Source: Vicugna vicugna
Taxonomy: Eukaryota
Direction of reading: 5' to 3'
Assembly: GCA_013265495.1 (NCBI GenBank)
Contig: MU058528.1
Location: forward strand, 248,001 to 312,000
DNA length: 64,000 bases
The notes under the pieces are model-generated. The model was not told the DNA's origin and searched no databases. It worked only from the letters and a program-made list of their open reading frames with translations. Every line of letters begins with the position of its first letter. Position 1 is the first letter of the stretch. The translations under genes were made by a program, and so were the position numbers. This document shows positions 1 to 11,689 of the stretch, piece after piece.

Positions 1-2399
1 ACCATAAGTTTTTTTCTATGCTTAGACATTTTAAATGGATAGAGTTAATTTTCATTTTAATATAATCTTTATTTGCAAATGCAATTTATTACAGAAATTT
101 GGCATAGTATGTGAATTCCATATCATCTCTAAGTCTTAACCAATTTTAGATACACGAAACGTGACAGTCAAGAGCTTCAATGAAACTGAAGGTTAGTTAT
201 GTTTAAATGGCTTGAATTTCAGCTTTTATTCTGCCTGCTTTGCTTGATTATTTGCAAAATGTTCTTTAAGTAAAAAGGCCACTCCTTTATTTTGTAGACT
301 TGAGCACAAAGAATTTCAATGACAGTCTCAAAGTCACCCCACTAGTTAATGACAGATCAAGGAAGAACATATTAGTTTCTTAGTTTAGTACATTCCTCAC
401 TTATCACACCTTCTCTTAATATCATAATATTTCAGGTTATGGGTGGGAGTAATGTTCAGGTCACTGTTAGACAGGGTAATAACAGTTCCAGAGCTACCTA
501 CAGATTTCCATATTACCTAGAATTATTGACCATGTCTTCTTGGTATAGAGACATCTAGCTAGGTAAAACAAAATGAAACATTTCAGTTTTTCCTATGATA
601 AAATAGTAGATCTTTGGAACCTCAGTGTTACTAATGAGAATTTTTGTTTTTCTCCTTGCTTTTCTGTCTGTGAATGTAACTGTTGTTTTTTTTTAAAAAA
701 AAAATGCAGAGCAAAGCAGTGTGTGGAATGTTTGTGATCGTCAAATGGGGAACACAGAACATTTTAAGCTAATGAGAGTTTTTACTTCCCAGGGTGACCT
801 GTTTGTACTCTGTGCCAAGGGACCTCTAAGAGGCCCACAGCTGCTTCCATTGTGTCATTTCAGACATGAAGTGCCGCCCCCTGCAGCAGCTGCCCAGACC
901 CCCTCCACCTGCTCTGCATACACTCAGGAAAGGGGTTCTTTAATCTCTGGGCTTGGGAAAGAAGTTTATTAAGGAAAGAAACATGGCCACAGAATTCCTG
1001 GGGTGAGCCTCAGGAACACAGCAGGTGGTGGCCAAGAAGCCATGACAAAATTAAGGAAAAGGATTCAGATTCTTTTCAAGGCTATGCGTGATTAGCAACG
1101 TACATGTGGGTTCCAGCTGTCCCTGAGAAGTTTTTTTCTCTCCAAAAATGAAGGATGGCTTTCCATCTCATGAACTTGGAAGACTCTTGGCAGGTTGTTT
1201 TGTTAGAAGCTAGAAATCTCCAGTTATACTTTGTTTTGATTCTTTCTAAAACCAACTCCTTCCAGGCTAGCAATCCTGAAAGCTCTTCTAAAGTTTACAA
1301 AAGGAAATTGGATTTCTTTTCTTTCTTACTCTCATTTTATTTCTTCTTCTTCTTCTTCTTTTTGAATTAAATGTGGTCTTTATTAACTCTTGGGCAAGGC
1401 TGCTGTGTAGCTTCGATTGCAAGAAGATCTGCTGGTGGAGATGGCTGTCTCTCATTCTGCTTCCAAAGTAAACTCACTGGATATTGAAGCAGAGGCAGAA
1501 CACACAGGCAGAGGCCAACACCAAGGCAAACTGCAGCAGTAGTAGCAGTTTCTTAACAAGAATACCAACAACACTGAAAATTTTTAGGGACAATTCACTA
1601 GAGAAAAGTCAACCAACAGGTTCATTTCCTACAGACTCATTCTCAATGCTTCGTAACCATGGCATCGCCAGTAATGTGCGTGACTTCCAATCTGTCATAT
1701 CTGTGAGAGACTGGGGGAGCTTGATTTTATTCTTCGAAATCATGGTCTTTTTTTCTCTTTCCTTTAGGTGTTTTATGTGTTTGCCTCCTGTGTATGGTAT
1801 CTCCTGGGTCACCAGGTGATTAAAGCGGAATAAACACACTGACTTCTCTGCCTGACAATGCTGTTGTGTTCATTATTCCCTGCATATGCTGTCCAGATAT
1901 TCTTAACGTTGATTTCTTTGCACCCACCTGTCAATGGAAACAATTTGGTAGCAAACTTTTAACATTTTGTTTCTTTCTTTCAGCAAATGAAAGTATAGAT
2001 CAAAATAATTTGCTTTGATATGTTATCCAAAAGTTAAGAGAAAAACAAACAAGAAAAAGAAAGCTAAACAAAAGCTAAACTGGCTTTTGTGGAGAATCTT
2101 TATGTTGTTTGCTGTACTTTGCCCTGGCAGAAAGGTGTTTTGGAATCATGTGTGCGTGATGCCTCTAAACATACGCTCAGACACTGGACCCGTCCTTTCT
2201 CAAGACAACCTACTCAGAGTTGGTTCCCAAAGCCTCCCAGGATGACTGCAGCTCGTTGCATTTTCCATTTCAGACACAAACTATAGATGCGGCAGCTGTC
2301 GTGGGCCCCCCTTCTACTCTGTAAGCTGCCCTTTCTACCTCTTTAGGGTCTTCCCTCCACACCCCAGGCCCAGGGCCTTTGGAATAACCCTGGAACCTT

Positions 2400-2705
2400 G
2401 GCCTCAAATGTCCTTTCCCTCTTTGTTCCCTTGATGAACTCTTCCTCACCCTTCAACATGTAGCTGAGATATCACCTGCTAAAGCAGGTGGAGGGAGCTT
2501 TCCTTGATCTGTCACCTCCCTAACTCCCAGTCTTGTGTGGCACACAAGATTGCATCCCACAGTTACCTGCAGCATTTGTTTGCTTATTTCCTTTTCCACC
2601 CACTTCTGGAATTCTTTGGTAACAAAAAGTATGTTTTACTGATTTCCCTGTCCTTTGTAACTACAGTGATGCGGAACTGAAAAAGAGTGCTGTTGAATGA
2701 AAATT
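2400..2705 (+). mobile_element. Degenerate L2 LINE 3' fragment
   Basis: L2-like phrases ('tcctcacccttcaacatgtagctgagatatcacc', 'gctttccttgatc') ending in 'tgttgaatgaaa', which resembles the L2 terminus; highly diverged. Confidence 0.45.
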
Positions 2706-2734
2706 AATTGACTCCAGGTAGATATTTAAGTTAT

Positions 2735-3100
2735 ATTTAGAGTGGTGTTTGATGCTAGGTGCTCTTTTAAATAGTCTCAAAATGTGGCTCAAACACAACA
2801 GAAGTCTATTTCTTGTTCACATAGCAGTTTGAGGTGGGACCAGAAATTCTCTATGGGAATCAATCAGTAACCAAGGCTGACAGAGGCTCTGCCATCTTTG
2901 AAGCATGACTTCCAACCTCTGTGGCTGGACCTGGCCCTCTCAGTCCCAGGTAGCCAAGAGAGGGAAAGAGCTCTGAGAAGTGCCCCAAAGAGCAGAACCC
3001 AGGCATGAGAGAGGCTCTTCTGGGCCAGGCCGGAGGGGCAGCCACCTTCTACTGGCTACAGCTCAGTCACTTGGGAGCACACAATTCTTCCAGGGCTAAT
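2735..3100 (-). mobile_element. MaLR LTR (MLT1-like) fragment
   Basis: 'gtggctcaaacacaacagaagtctatttcttgttcacatagcagt' and 'ggctctgccatcttt' resemble remembered MLT1 LTR motifs. Confidence 0.5.
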
Positions 3101-3612
3101 ATACCAGTGCACAAATTTAGCAAAACATCAGTGTGACTCCTTTTCATACTTGGCCAGCCATTAATTATGTTTCTATGAAACCATGAAATTGCTAGTTTCT
3201 GAATGTTTTACTTTATGTCTTCAAAAATAAAGCTGCCTTTGGGCTATTATGAAACACTTCAAATACTAAGATCATAACAAAAGATAATTCAAAGTGTATT
3301 TGTCTAAGCCCTGCCACATGGCTTCCTGTTCTAATTTGGATTCTGTTGTCCAACCTGGGTCTGAGAGAGAGAGAAAAAGTATGCTCATTAGACCATCTAC
3401 TCATTCCTTTTAGGTACCACGTGCCATGTTTAATGCTAAGAACACAAAGTGAGTCTAGTAGCACTAACATAAACAGAAAATTATGAATCAGTGGTAGGCA
3501 AGCTTCTGTCTCCCTGTTAGTCATTTTCAGTCTGTTTATCAGTTTATCTTCTCCTGTTCATTTTTCCCAAAATTGAAATTCAAGCTTCCAATCTTTTTTT
3601 TTTCTTTTTATT

Positions 3613-3749
3613 TAGGGCAGAGTGTGAACACAGTCCCTCACTACCACAAATTATGCAGTAAAGTTTCCCACATGTGGAGTGCAAAGGATAAGCCTCGCCC
3701 TGGGAAAACCACCTCCGTGATCATGGTATCTCCCCTGCCAGGTAAGAAT
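3613..3749 (-). pseudogene. RNU1: Retroposed U1 snRNA copy with an internal 27-nt deletion, A-rich tail (3596-3612) and TSD
   Basis: Reverse complement reads ATTCTTACCTGGCAGGGGAGATACCATGATCACGGAGGTGGTTTTCCCAGGGCGAGGCTTATCCTTTGCACTCC-ACATGTGGGAAACTTTACTGCATAATTTGTGGTAGTGAGGGACTGTGTTCACACTCTGCCCTA. This matches U1 end to end, including the Sm site AATTTGTG. 15-bp TSD caagcttccaatctt at 3581-3595 and 3750-3764. Confidence 0.96.
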
Positions 3750-3975
3750 CAAGCTTCCAATCTTGTGCAATTATAGATCTTTATACATTCTGTTTATATA
3801 CTATCCAAAAAGAGTTACTATTTATACAATCTCATCAAACCAATACTAGTGATATATGAAAATTACTATTCGACCTTAGGTATTTTTATTTTATATGTTC
3901 TTTGAGGAGAGGAAACCAGACTTATTTAATGTCTTTTAGAAATCTTTAATGTTAGATAATTAAAAAATATAAACA

Positions 3976-4835
3976 TTGCTAATCATCAGGAAAATACAAA
4001 TCAATACCACAAGGAGATACCATCTCACACCTGGTGTAATGGCTGTCATCAAGCGGACAAGTGATAACAAGTGCTGGCGAGCTTTTGTGAAGAAAGGGAA
4101 ACTTTGTGCACTGTTGGTAGGAATATATAAATTGGTTCAACCACTATGAAAATTAAAGATAGACCATATGATTCAGCAATTCAATTTCATACACACAGGG
4201 CACATACCCAAAGGAAATGAAAACAGGATTTTGAAGAGATACATGCACTCCCATGCTTACTGCAGCATATTTACAATAATCAAGATGTGGAAACAACCTA
4301 AGTGCCCATCAATGGATGATGGATAAAGATGTGACATCTACACATGATGGAGTATTATTAAACCATGAGAAGGGAAGACATCCTGCCACTTTGGAACAAA
4401 ACGAATGAACTTTGAGCATATTATGCTAAATGAGGTAAGTCGGAGAAAGACAAGCACTCTATGGTATCACTTATACACGGAATCTGAAAAAGCCAAGCTC
4501 ACACACACACACAAACAGAAAGTAAAATGGTAATTATGAGAGGAAGGTGGTGGAGGGCTAGGACAAATATTTAAGGGTACAAACTTACAATGAGTAATCC
4601 CTGGAGAACTAACACACAGCGTGGTGAATATAGACAACAATAGTGCATTATAATCAACAAACTTGCTAAGAGACTAGAACTTAATTATTCCAATCACTGA
4701 AGAAAAGGATAGCTATGTAACATGACAGAGGCGTTAATGATTACTACAATGGCAATCATATTACAATATGTGAATGTAAAAAATTAACCTCTACACTTTA
4801 AGTTTACACAATGCTATATGTCACTAAAAAAGAAA
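3976..4835 (+). mobile_element. 5'-truncated L1 (ORF2 C-terminus plus 3' UTR, L1MA-like)
   Basis: 'ctaatcatcaggaaaatacaaatcaataccacaaggagataccatctcacacc' encodes a degenerate [18 protein letters not shown]; also 'ggaaacaacctaagtgcccatcaatggatga' and an A-rich end. Confidence 0.88.
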
Positions 4836-5239
4836 ACATCATTACATCACTCACACATGCACAGAGGATTTTCAAGTAATTTTGAGAAATTCTAAAACAT
4901 TTGTTTTCTCATACTTAAATTTAAGAGAATTTACTAAAAAAAGAAACATTGTTATTATTCATCTTATACTAGCTTTGGCATACTGTTTTTCATGTATCAC
5001 AGGATAATAAGTCTTTTAGAAAAGCTCTGTATACAGATCTTTTTCTATACCAGCTTCAGATAGGTCTAGATGAAAAAACTAAATAAGAAAAACTTGTTTC
5101 AAACAAGTTTTGGGAAAATATAGGTGAAACACTTTTTTCCTCAGATGAATTCATATAATACAAATTTGAATCACATAATGTAAAATGAAACATTTAATGA
5201 TATGATCATTCTATCAGGTGTATTAAAGATGTGCAATAT

Positions 5240-5607
5240 AACTAATCATCAGAAAAATACAGATTAAAAACCACAGTGAGGTATCACTTCATGCCTGTTA
5301 GAATGGTTGTTATGAAAATTGAGAAGTGTTGATGAGGATGTGAAGAAAAAAGAACACTTTTGCTCTCTTGATGGCAATGTATACTGGTGCAACCACTAGA
5401 GAAAATAGTATGGACATTCCTCAAAAATTAAAAATAAAACTACTATATAAACCAGCAATCTGACTTCTTGGTGTATATCTGAAAGGAATGAAATCACTAT
5501 TTTGAAAAGATATCGGCTCTCCTATGTTTATTGCAGCACAATATTTAGTCACAATAACCAAGATATGGAAACAGACTGCATATCAATGGATGAACAGATA
5601 AAAATAT

Positions 5608-5638
<31 letters not shown>

Positions 5639-6078
5639 TCAGCCTTAAAAATAAGGAAATCCTGCCATTTGTGATACATGGAGACATTATGCTAAGGGAA
5701 ATAACACAGACAAAGGCATATACTAGATGGTCTCAATTATATGTAAAATCTAAAAAAGCTGAACTCATAGAAACAAAGAGTAGAAGGTGGTTGCTATGGG
5801 CTAAAGGGTGGGAGAGCGGGAGATATTGGTCAAAGAGTACAAACTTCTAGTTATAAATACATTCTGAGGATCTAATGTATAGAACAGTGACTTTAGTTAA
5901 GAATATTGTATTATATACTTGAAAGTTGCTGAGTAATTAGGTGTAATAAACAACACATGGGTTAACTAAACCCTATCATGTAATTATTTCACAATATGTA
6001 CATTTGTCAAATCATCACGTTGTACACCTTAAACATATACAATGTTACACTTCAGTTATATTTCAATAAAGCTGGAAA
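5240..6078 (+). mobile_element. 5'-truncated L1 (ORF2 C-terminus plus 3' UTR, L1MA9/10-like) containing a (TG)n tract
   Basis: Same ORF2 C-terminal motif as the previous element; 3' end 'ttgtacaccttaaacatatacaatg...tttcaataaagctggaaa'. Confidence 0.88.
5608..5634. repeat. (TG)n microsatellite
   Basis: Direct inspection. Confidence 0.95.
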
Positions 6079-6141
6079 GAACAATGCTACCTTTCCCCAG
6101 ACTTCTGGCTACGTAAGAGAAAAATCCGTAACTGCTTGTGT

Positions 6142-6298
6142 TACTATTTCCCAAACTTTAATGCGAGTGTGAATCACTTGGGGCTCTTGCTAAAGTGATG
6201 ATTTTGATTCAGCTGTTCTGAGATGGGACCTTTTCTCGCATTTCTAGCACACATTCAGGTCATCCTGATACTGTTGTTTTATGGGCTAGACTTTGTGT
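6142..6298. mobile_element. MER5-like hAT-Charlie DNA transposon remnant
   Basis: 'ttcccaaacttt...gaatcacttggggctcttgctaaagt...tgattcag...tttctagcac...caggtcatcctgatactg...actttg' follows the MER5 layout. Confidence 0.6.
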
Positions 6299-6477
6299 AT
6301 TTAAGAAATAAAGTCATGTTAATCTGAACTATTCATAGATGAAACATCCTCAAGGTTTCCCTACTACCTTAGCCACCAACTGTAACAGTAAAAATTTCTG
6401 GCAAAGAATAACACCATCAGTTTTAAGGAATTTGATTACAGAACATAGAGTTCAATGTATTTAGCTAAGGCTACATT

Positions 6478-6700
6478 CAACAGCACTAGTAAATGTCTAA
6501 CAACTGGCTTTGTGGGAAAAAAAAGGGCCTGGATTTAAGAAAAACAGCTCTCTGGGGAAATGAAAGCCATGCCAACTCCTTTCATGTAAGTACTCCCACC
6601 ATGGCTGATCAAAGGCTATTAATGTGACATCACTGAATGCAGAGTCGGGAAACACGGACCCTTGTGGTCTCCTATCAGCCAGCCCCACCCCATCTCCAGT
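6478..6700 (+). mobile_element. MER63-like hAT-Blackjack DNA transposon remnant
   Basis: 'tagtaaatgtctaacaactggct' and 'gtaagtactcccaccatggctgatcaaaggctattaatgtgacatcactgaatgcagagtcgggaa' match the remembered MER63 consensus. Confidence 0.7.
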
Positions 6701-6884
6701 TCCATAAACCATAGTCCGTAGTCCATTAAATTAGCTAATTACATACCAAAGAACGATCTTATGTAGCAAATAATATTTCTTTCTCTGATTATAAAATGAC
6801 ATATTTATGTGAGTAATAAATGAGTATCAAAACCAGCTCATAAACCTTTCAGATAACTTAAACTTAATGGTAAATATTGCTCTT

Positions 6885-7295
6885 AGTCAGACTTCTTAAT
6901 TATAAGCAATAGAAGGTGATTCTGGTTTTATTAAGCAGGAAAAGAACTCATTAAGTGAATGTTGGGTAGCTTAGCGAATTTCGGGGAGTCCAGAAGACTC
7001 AGATTTGCTAAGCAGCCAGGGCAAATAGCCCAAACCCAGAGCTAGTTCTTGTGAAAGAATTCTTCCTGCCACCGCCAGATAGGATATTCTGTCTCTTACC
7101 TCTTGGAATAGTAGCTCGTGAGCCAAAGTCTGTGACAGTTGCACAAAACAATTTGCATGTCAATGCCTTAACTGTGAAGGAATGTGGGAAAAAGAGTCCT
7201 GGCCCATAGCATTTGGAGGCCATTCTTGCCTCCCACCGGGACTTAAAAGGCAGAAAATTCTCCAGATATTGAGTAGTCAAAAAGAGTAACACATT
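6885..7295 (-). mobile_element. Old MaLR LTR (MLT1-like) fragment
   Basis: 'tagtcagacttcttaattataagcaatagaaggtgattctggttttattaagcaggaaaagaactcattaag...gttgggtagctt'. Confidence 0.45.
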
Positions 7296-8384
7296 TTCAC
7301 TGCTATATTAAAATTGGGATCGTACAAAATATACACTTATATATTTTGTTTTTAAATTAGTTAGTATTGTAGAAAATGAGACTTTCTTTTCATTGTTTTT
7401 TGAGAGTATGGTTTTAATGATTGCATAATATTCCACCATACACTACTTCCCAGTTGCACGAGTCCAATTTTTTTTTCTGAAAATACCAATCTCTTTAAAT
7501 CTCTCAAAACTTTTGCAACTTTTAATTTCAATGACTTACCAAATATTTGACTTCATATAATTTATCAAATCTGGGAATCAACTTTCTTGTTTTCTTAGTC
7601 TTAGTTTAATCTTTTGTAACTTAAAAACATTTCACCCATCTTACGCTTTTGGTATGTGGATTGAAGGAGCGATGGTTTCCAAGAAGGAAATACCTTTGTG
7701 GCATCTAGCACACAAATAATGTTATAATGTCACTTTATAGGTATGTATTAGCTGACCCATGGCAAAGTTCTGCTAAATCTTAATTTCTTCACCTATTATT
7801 GAATAGTTTCTCCTCCATAACTCTTCATTTGGGCTTTTATTCCTGAATACTTTGGAAAGCAATCTTTTATTTTTCTTTGTAATATATCTCAGAACTATGA
7901 TCTCAGAAATTCTTGAATTTTAAATTTACATTCATGTGCTGTGTTAGCAGTAACCACGTAAATCTAGAGAAATATAATGTCAGCATAAAATGTGGCTACT
8001 GACTGCTAACCCAATTAGTCTTGTCAGAGACTAGTGTTCTCAGATTACCTGTGTCCCCTGGAACACTTTTCTTCTTTTTTTTCTCACTTGTTTATGTAGA
8101 TTTATTTATAACTTTCTAATGTAGAAAGTTAATATTTTATTTCTTCTAAAATTCTATTATGTAGCTGTGCTGACTTGCTGTTAATCTCCTTCAACTGCTT
8201 CACAAAATGACTCTAGAATAGTTTGAATTAACGCTGAATGTTGGAGAAAGAAAAACATCAGTTAATATGGGACTTTTTTCAAAATTCAACAAGTATGTTT
8301 AATGTATGCAAATAAATGTCTAGTTTATTCTTTCATACACCCCTTCAATCTAATTTCAATAAAAACATCAGTATTTTTAATTTA

Positions 8385-11210
8385 TATTTTTGTTTTTTCT
8401 TTTTTTTTTAAATTGAAGTATAGTCAGGTACAGTGTGTCAATTCCTGGTGTACAGCATGATGTACAGCATGATGTTTCAGTCATATATACATATATACAC
8501 TTGCAAATAATTGTTTTCATATTCTTTTTTGTTATAGGTTACTACAAGGTATTGAATATATTTCCCTGTGCTATGCAGAAGAAATTTGCTTTTTTAAAAT
8601 CTATTTTATATATAGTAGTTGGTATTTGTACCTTCTCAAACTGCCAGTTTATCCCTTCCCACCGCCTTCCTCCCTGGCAACTATAAGTTTGTTTACTATG
8701 TCTGTGAGTATGTTTCTGTTTTGTAGATAAGTTCGTTAGTGCCTTTCTTCCTCCCTTCCTCCCTTCCTTCCTTTCTTCCTTTTTTCTTTCTTCCTTTTTT
8801 CTTTCTTCCTTTTTTCTTTTCTTTCTTTCTTTCTCTCTTTCTCTCTCTTTCTCTTTCTCTCTTCTTTCTCTCTTTCTCTTTCTTTCTTTCTTTCTTTCTT
8901 TCTTTTTTCTTTCTTCCTTTTTTCTTTTCTTTCTTTCTTTCTCTTTCTTTCTCTCTTTCTCTCTTTCTCTTTCTTTTCTTTCTTTCTTTCTTTCTCTCTT
9001 TCTTTCTCTCTTTCTCTCTCTTTCTCTCTCTCTCTCTTTCTTTCTTTCTTTTCTTTCTTTCTTTCTTTCCTCCTCCCTCCCTTCCTTCCTCCTCCCTCCC
9101 TTCCTTCCTCCTCCCTCCCTTCCTTTCCCTTCCTTCCTTTCCTTCCTTCCTTTCTTTTTTCTTTTTTTTTTATGTTCCACATATAAGTGTTATCATATAG
9201 TATTTTTCTTTCTCTTTCTGGCTTACTTCACTTGGAATGAGAATCTCCAGAACATCCATGTTGCTGTAAATGACATTATTTTATTCTTTTTATCCCTAAG
9301 TAGCATTCCATTATATAAATATATACTTCTTAATCTAGTCATCTGTTGATGGACATTCAGGTTGTTTCCATGTCTTGGTTATTGTATATAGTGCTGCTAG
9401 GAACATTGGGGTGCAAGTATCTTTTCGAATTAAAGTTCCCTTGGATATATGACCAAGAGTGGGATTACTGGATCACATGGCAAGTTTAATTTTAGTTTTT
9501 TGGGGAATCTCCATATTAGTTTCCATAATGGCTGCACCAAACTACATTCCCACCAGCAGTGTAGGAGGGTTGCCTTTTCTCCACACCCTTTCCAGCATTT
9601 ATCATTTGCCGACATTTTAATGATGACCATTCTGATTGGTGTGAGGTGTTGATACCTCATGGTAGTTTTGATTTGCATTTCTCTGATAATTAGCGATATT
9701 GAGCATTTTTCATGTGCTTATTAGCCATTTGTATGTCTTCACTGGGGAATTGCTTGGTTAGGTCTTCTGCCCATTTTTGGATTGGGTTGCTTGTTTGTTT
9801 TTTATTAAGCTGTATAATGTGTTTGTATATTCTGGAAATTAAACCTGCTAGCCGCATTATTGCAAATATTTTCTCCCATTCTGTTTTGCATATAGTTTCG
9901 TTTGCTGTGCAAAACTTCTAAGTTTAGTTAGGTCCCATTTGTTTATTTTTGCTTTCGTTTCCATTGCCTGCCCTAGGAGAACATTGCCAAGATTTAAGTC
10001 AGAAAGTGCTTTGCCTAAGTTTTCTTACAGGAAGTTTATAGTGCCTTGTCTTGTGTTCAAGGCTTTAAGTCATTTTGAGTTACTTTTGTGTATGCTGTGA
10101 GGGAGTGTTCTAACTTCACTGATTTACGTGCAGCTGTACAGTTTTCCCAACACCACTTGCTGAAGAGACTGTCTTTCCCCATTGTATATTCTTGTCTGCT
10201 TTGTTGAAGATTAATTGACCTTAAATGTGTAGGTTTATTTCTGGGCTCTCTATCCTGTTGCATTGTCCATATGTCTTTCTTTATGCTAAAACCATGCTGT
10301 CCAATTTATTGTCATATATTTGTTCACAGTGTTCTCCTATGGTTTTTGTATATTCTTATGGTATTGGTTGTATCTACTGCGGTCTTGATGGGCTTTTTTT
10401 TTTTTTTGAGGTAGGAGTGCTCCTGTGTAGACTGAGAACATCATATAATTTTGTCATGAGGTCTATTTTTAGTACGGGTGGTTGCCATGTCTTCCTTCTG
10501 TGTGTGTTGGCTGTTATCCCTTTGATTGAGGGTGTGACTGGTGGTGTGGTGATCAGAGCCTGCCCCGGCGGTTGTTGTTGAAGGGGGCCTCCTTTATTGG
10601 GCTGTGGTTTTCACAGCCCTGACAGGGGCTGGGTCTGTCCCCCTGTTGTTGGCACAGACTTTCAGACCTGTTTCGGAGCTGCAGTGTGTGGTAGGTGGGG
10701 TTGGAGTGCTTCGGCTGGGGAGAAGAGCCGCTGACCTCCGCAGGGGATTTTACCTGGGAAGTGCCCTCTGCGGTGCTGCCTGCCACTTGTTATGTGGGCT
10801 TACAAAGTCCTCTTTGTTGGTGCTACGCTGTCCCTCCTTAGCCATGGGAATGTTGGCCACCTGCTCTGGTGTCCCCCAGGTTTTGTGCCTGCAGAACCAC
10901 AAGTTCAGATCTGCCGATGTCAGGCACTAGTGCCCCCCATAGTGTGCAGCTGCACACCTGGATCCACCGTGCACCACGCCGCACATCCCCAGATGGTATG
11001 CAGGCCATTGTAAACGCCGAACGCACCCCTGCCGTTCGCTAGAACTCCACTTACTGCTTGTTCGTCTTAGAGGCGTGGGTCCACAAAGGCACCAGTGGAG
11101 AAAATCTGCCCCTCTGCCTGGGGCTGTAATCAAATCTCAGTCCGGCCTGTGAAGCTGCAGGGCCCCTGGGTACAGATTCAGTTTCCAGCCCTGCCATCTT
11201 GGCCCTGCCC
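8385..11210 (-). mobile_element. L1 element retaining 5' UTR/promoter and 3' end but lacking ORF1 and most of ORF2 (two internal deletions)
   Basis: The minus strand begins GGGGCAGGGCCAAGATGGCAG (L1 5' end with a YY1-type motif). It continues as GC-rich 5' UTR to ~10372, an ~80-nt mid-ORF2 patch, the ORF2 C-terminus (ORF-track peptides [17 protein letters not shown] and [11 protein letters not shown]), 3' UTR and poly(A) at ~8385-8409. Confidence 0.88.
8742..9171. repeat. ~430-bp compound polypyrimidine/polypurine microsatellite (CTTC, TTTC, TC, CCCT units) inside the L1 3' UTR
   Basis: Only C and T on the + strand across the interval; it produces the K/R/E-rich and F/S/L-rich pseudo-ORFs. 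Confidence 0.97.
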
Positions 11211-11562
11211 CTTACTATTTCAACAATAACATTTTTAATAGAGGTTCTCCAAGTAAAAACAACTTTTATCATCTATCCAATAAATATATCCTTCCCTTAT
11301 TTTTTTGATCTGTACACAACAGGTTTATAATATAATTTATATAATATGCTATCATTCCTATTGGGAAAATGGTAAATTGTTTTGAAAATTATATAGAAAA
11401 TACAACATTCTTTTCAAATGTGATAGAGTTTTGGAAACTTGGAATATTTTTCTGAGCTTATGGAATAGAAAGTCATGCATTTAATTGATAAACACTTCCA
11501 TTATTTTGGATATTAAATACTTAAATTGCTAAAGCATTTTATCTTAATTCAAGCTAATTTTA

Positions 11563-11689
11563 TTTTATTTATTTTTATTAAAGTATAGATGATTTACAAT
11601 GTTGTGTTATTTTCTGGTGTATAGTGACTCATTTATATACATATATACGTTCTTTTTTTATATTCTTTTTTATTATAGGTGATTACAAG
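11563..11689 (-). mobile_element. Very short L1 3'-tail insertion with TSD
   Basis: L1 tail 'aagtatagatgatttacaatgttgtgttattttctggtgtatag'; TSD caagctaatttta at 11550-11562 and 11690-11702. Confidence 0.9.

Noticed and set aside
871..890. CTCF-like motif GCTGCAGGGGGCGG on the minus strand (a weaker one lies near 24858)
   Set aside because: Single imperfect matches that cannot be distinguished from chance without ChIP or conservation data.
850..1310. Possible minus-strand LTR with AATAAA at 965-970
   Set aside because: No recognisable family, termini or TSD, so I cannot support it.
4836..4954. Possible L1 3' transduction (second A-run followed by 'aaacattgtta', resembling the left flank)
   Set aside because: The putative TSD is A-rich, imperfect and overlaps the L1 sequence itself.
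5089..5111. 11-bp inverted repeat aaaacttgttt-c-aaacaagtttt; similar short palindromes near 21892-21913 and 47512-47532
   Set aside because: Short and AT-rich, with no extended hairpin or recognisable miRNA; plausible by chance or local template switching.
8542..9200. Long ORFs of 148-212 aa rich in K/R/E or F/S/L
   Set aside because: Stop-free read-through of the C/T microsatellite; not genes.
9430..11272. Cluster of overlapping ORFs and a GC-rich stretch resembling a gene promoter or first exon
   Set aside because: Explained by L1 ORF2 remnants and the L1 5' UTR.
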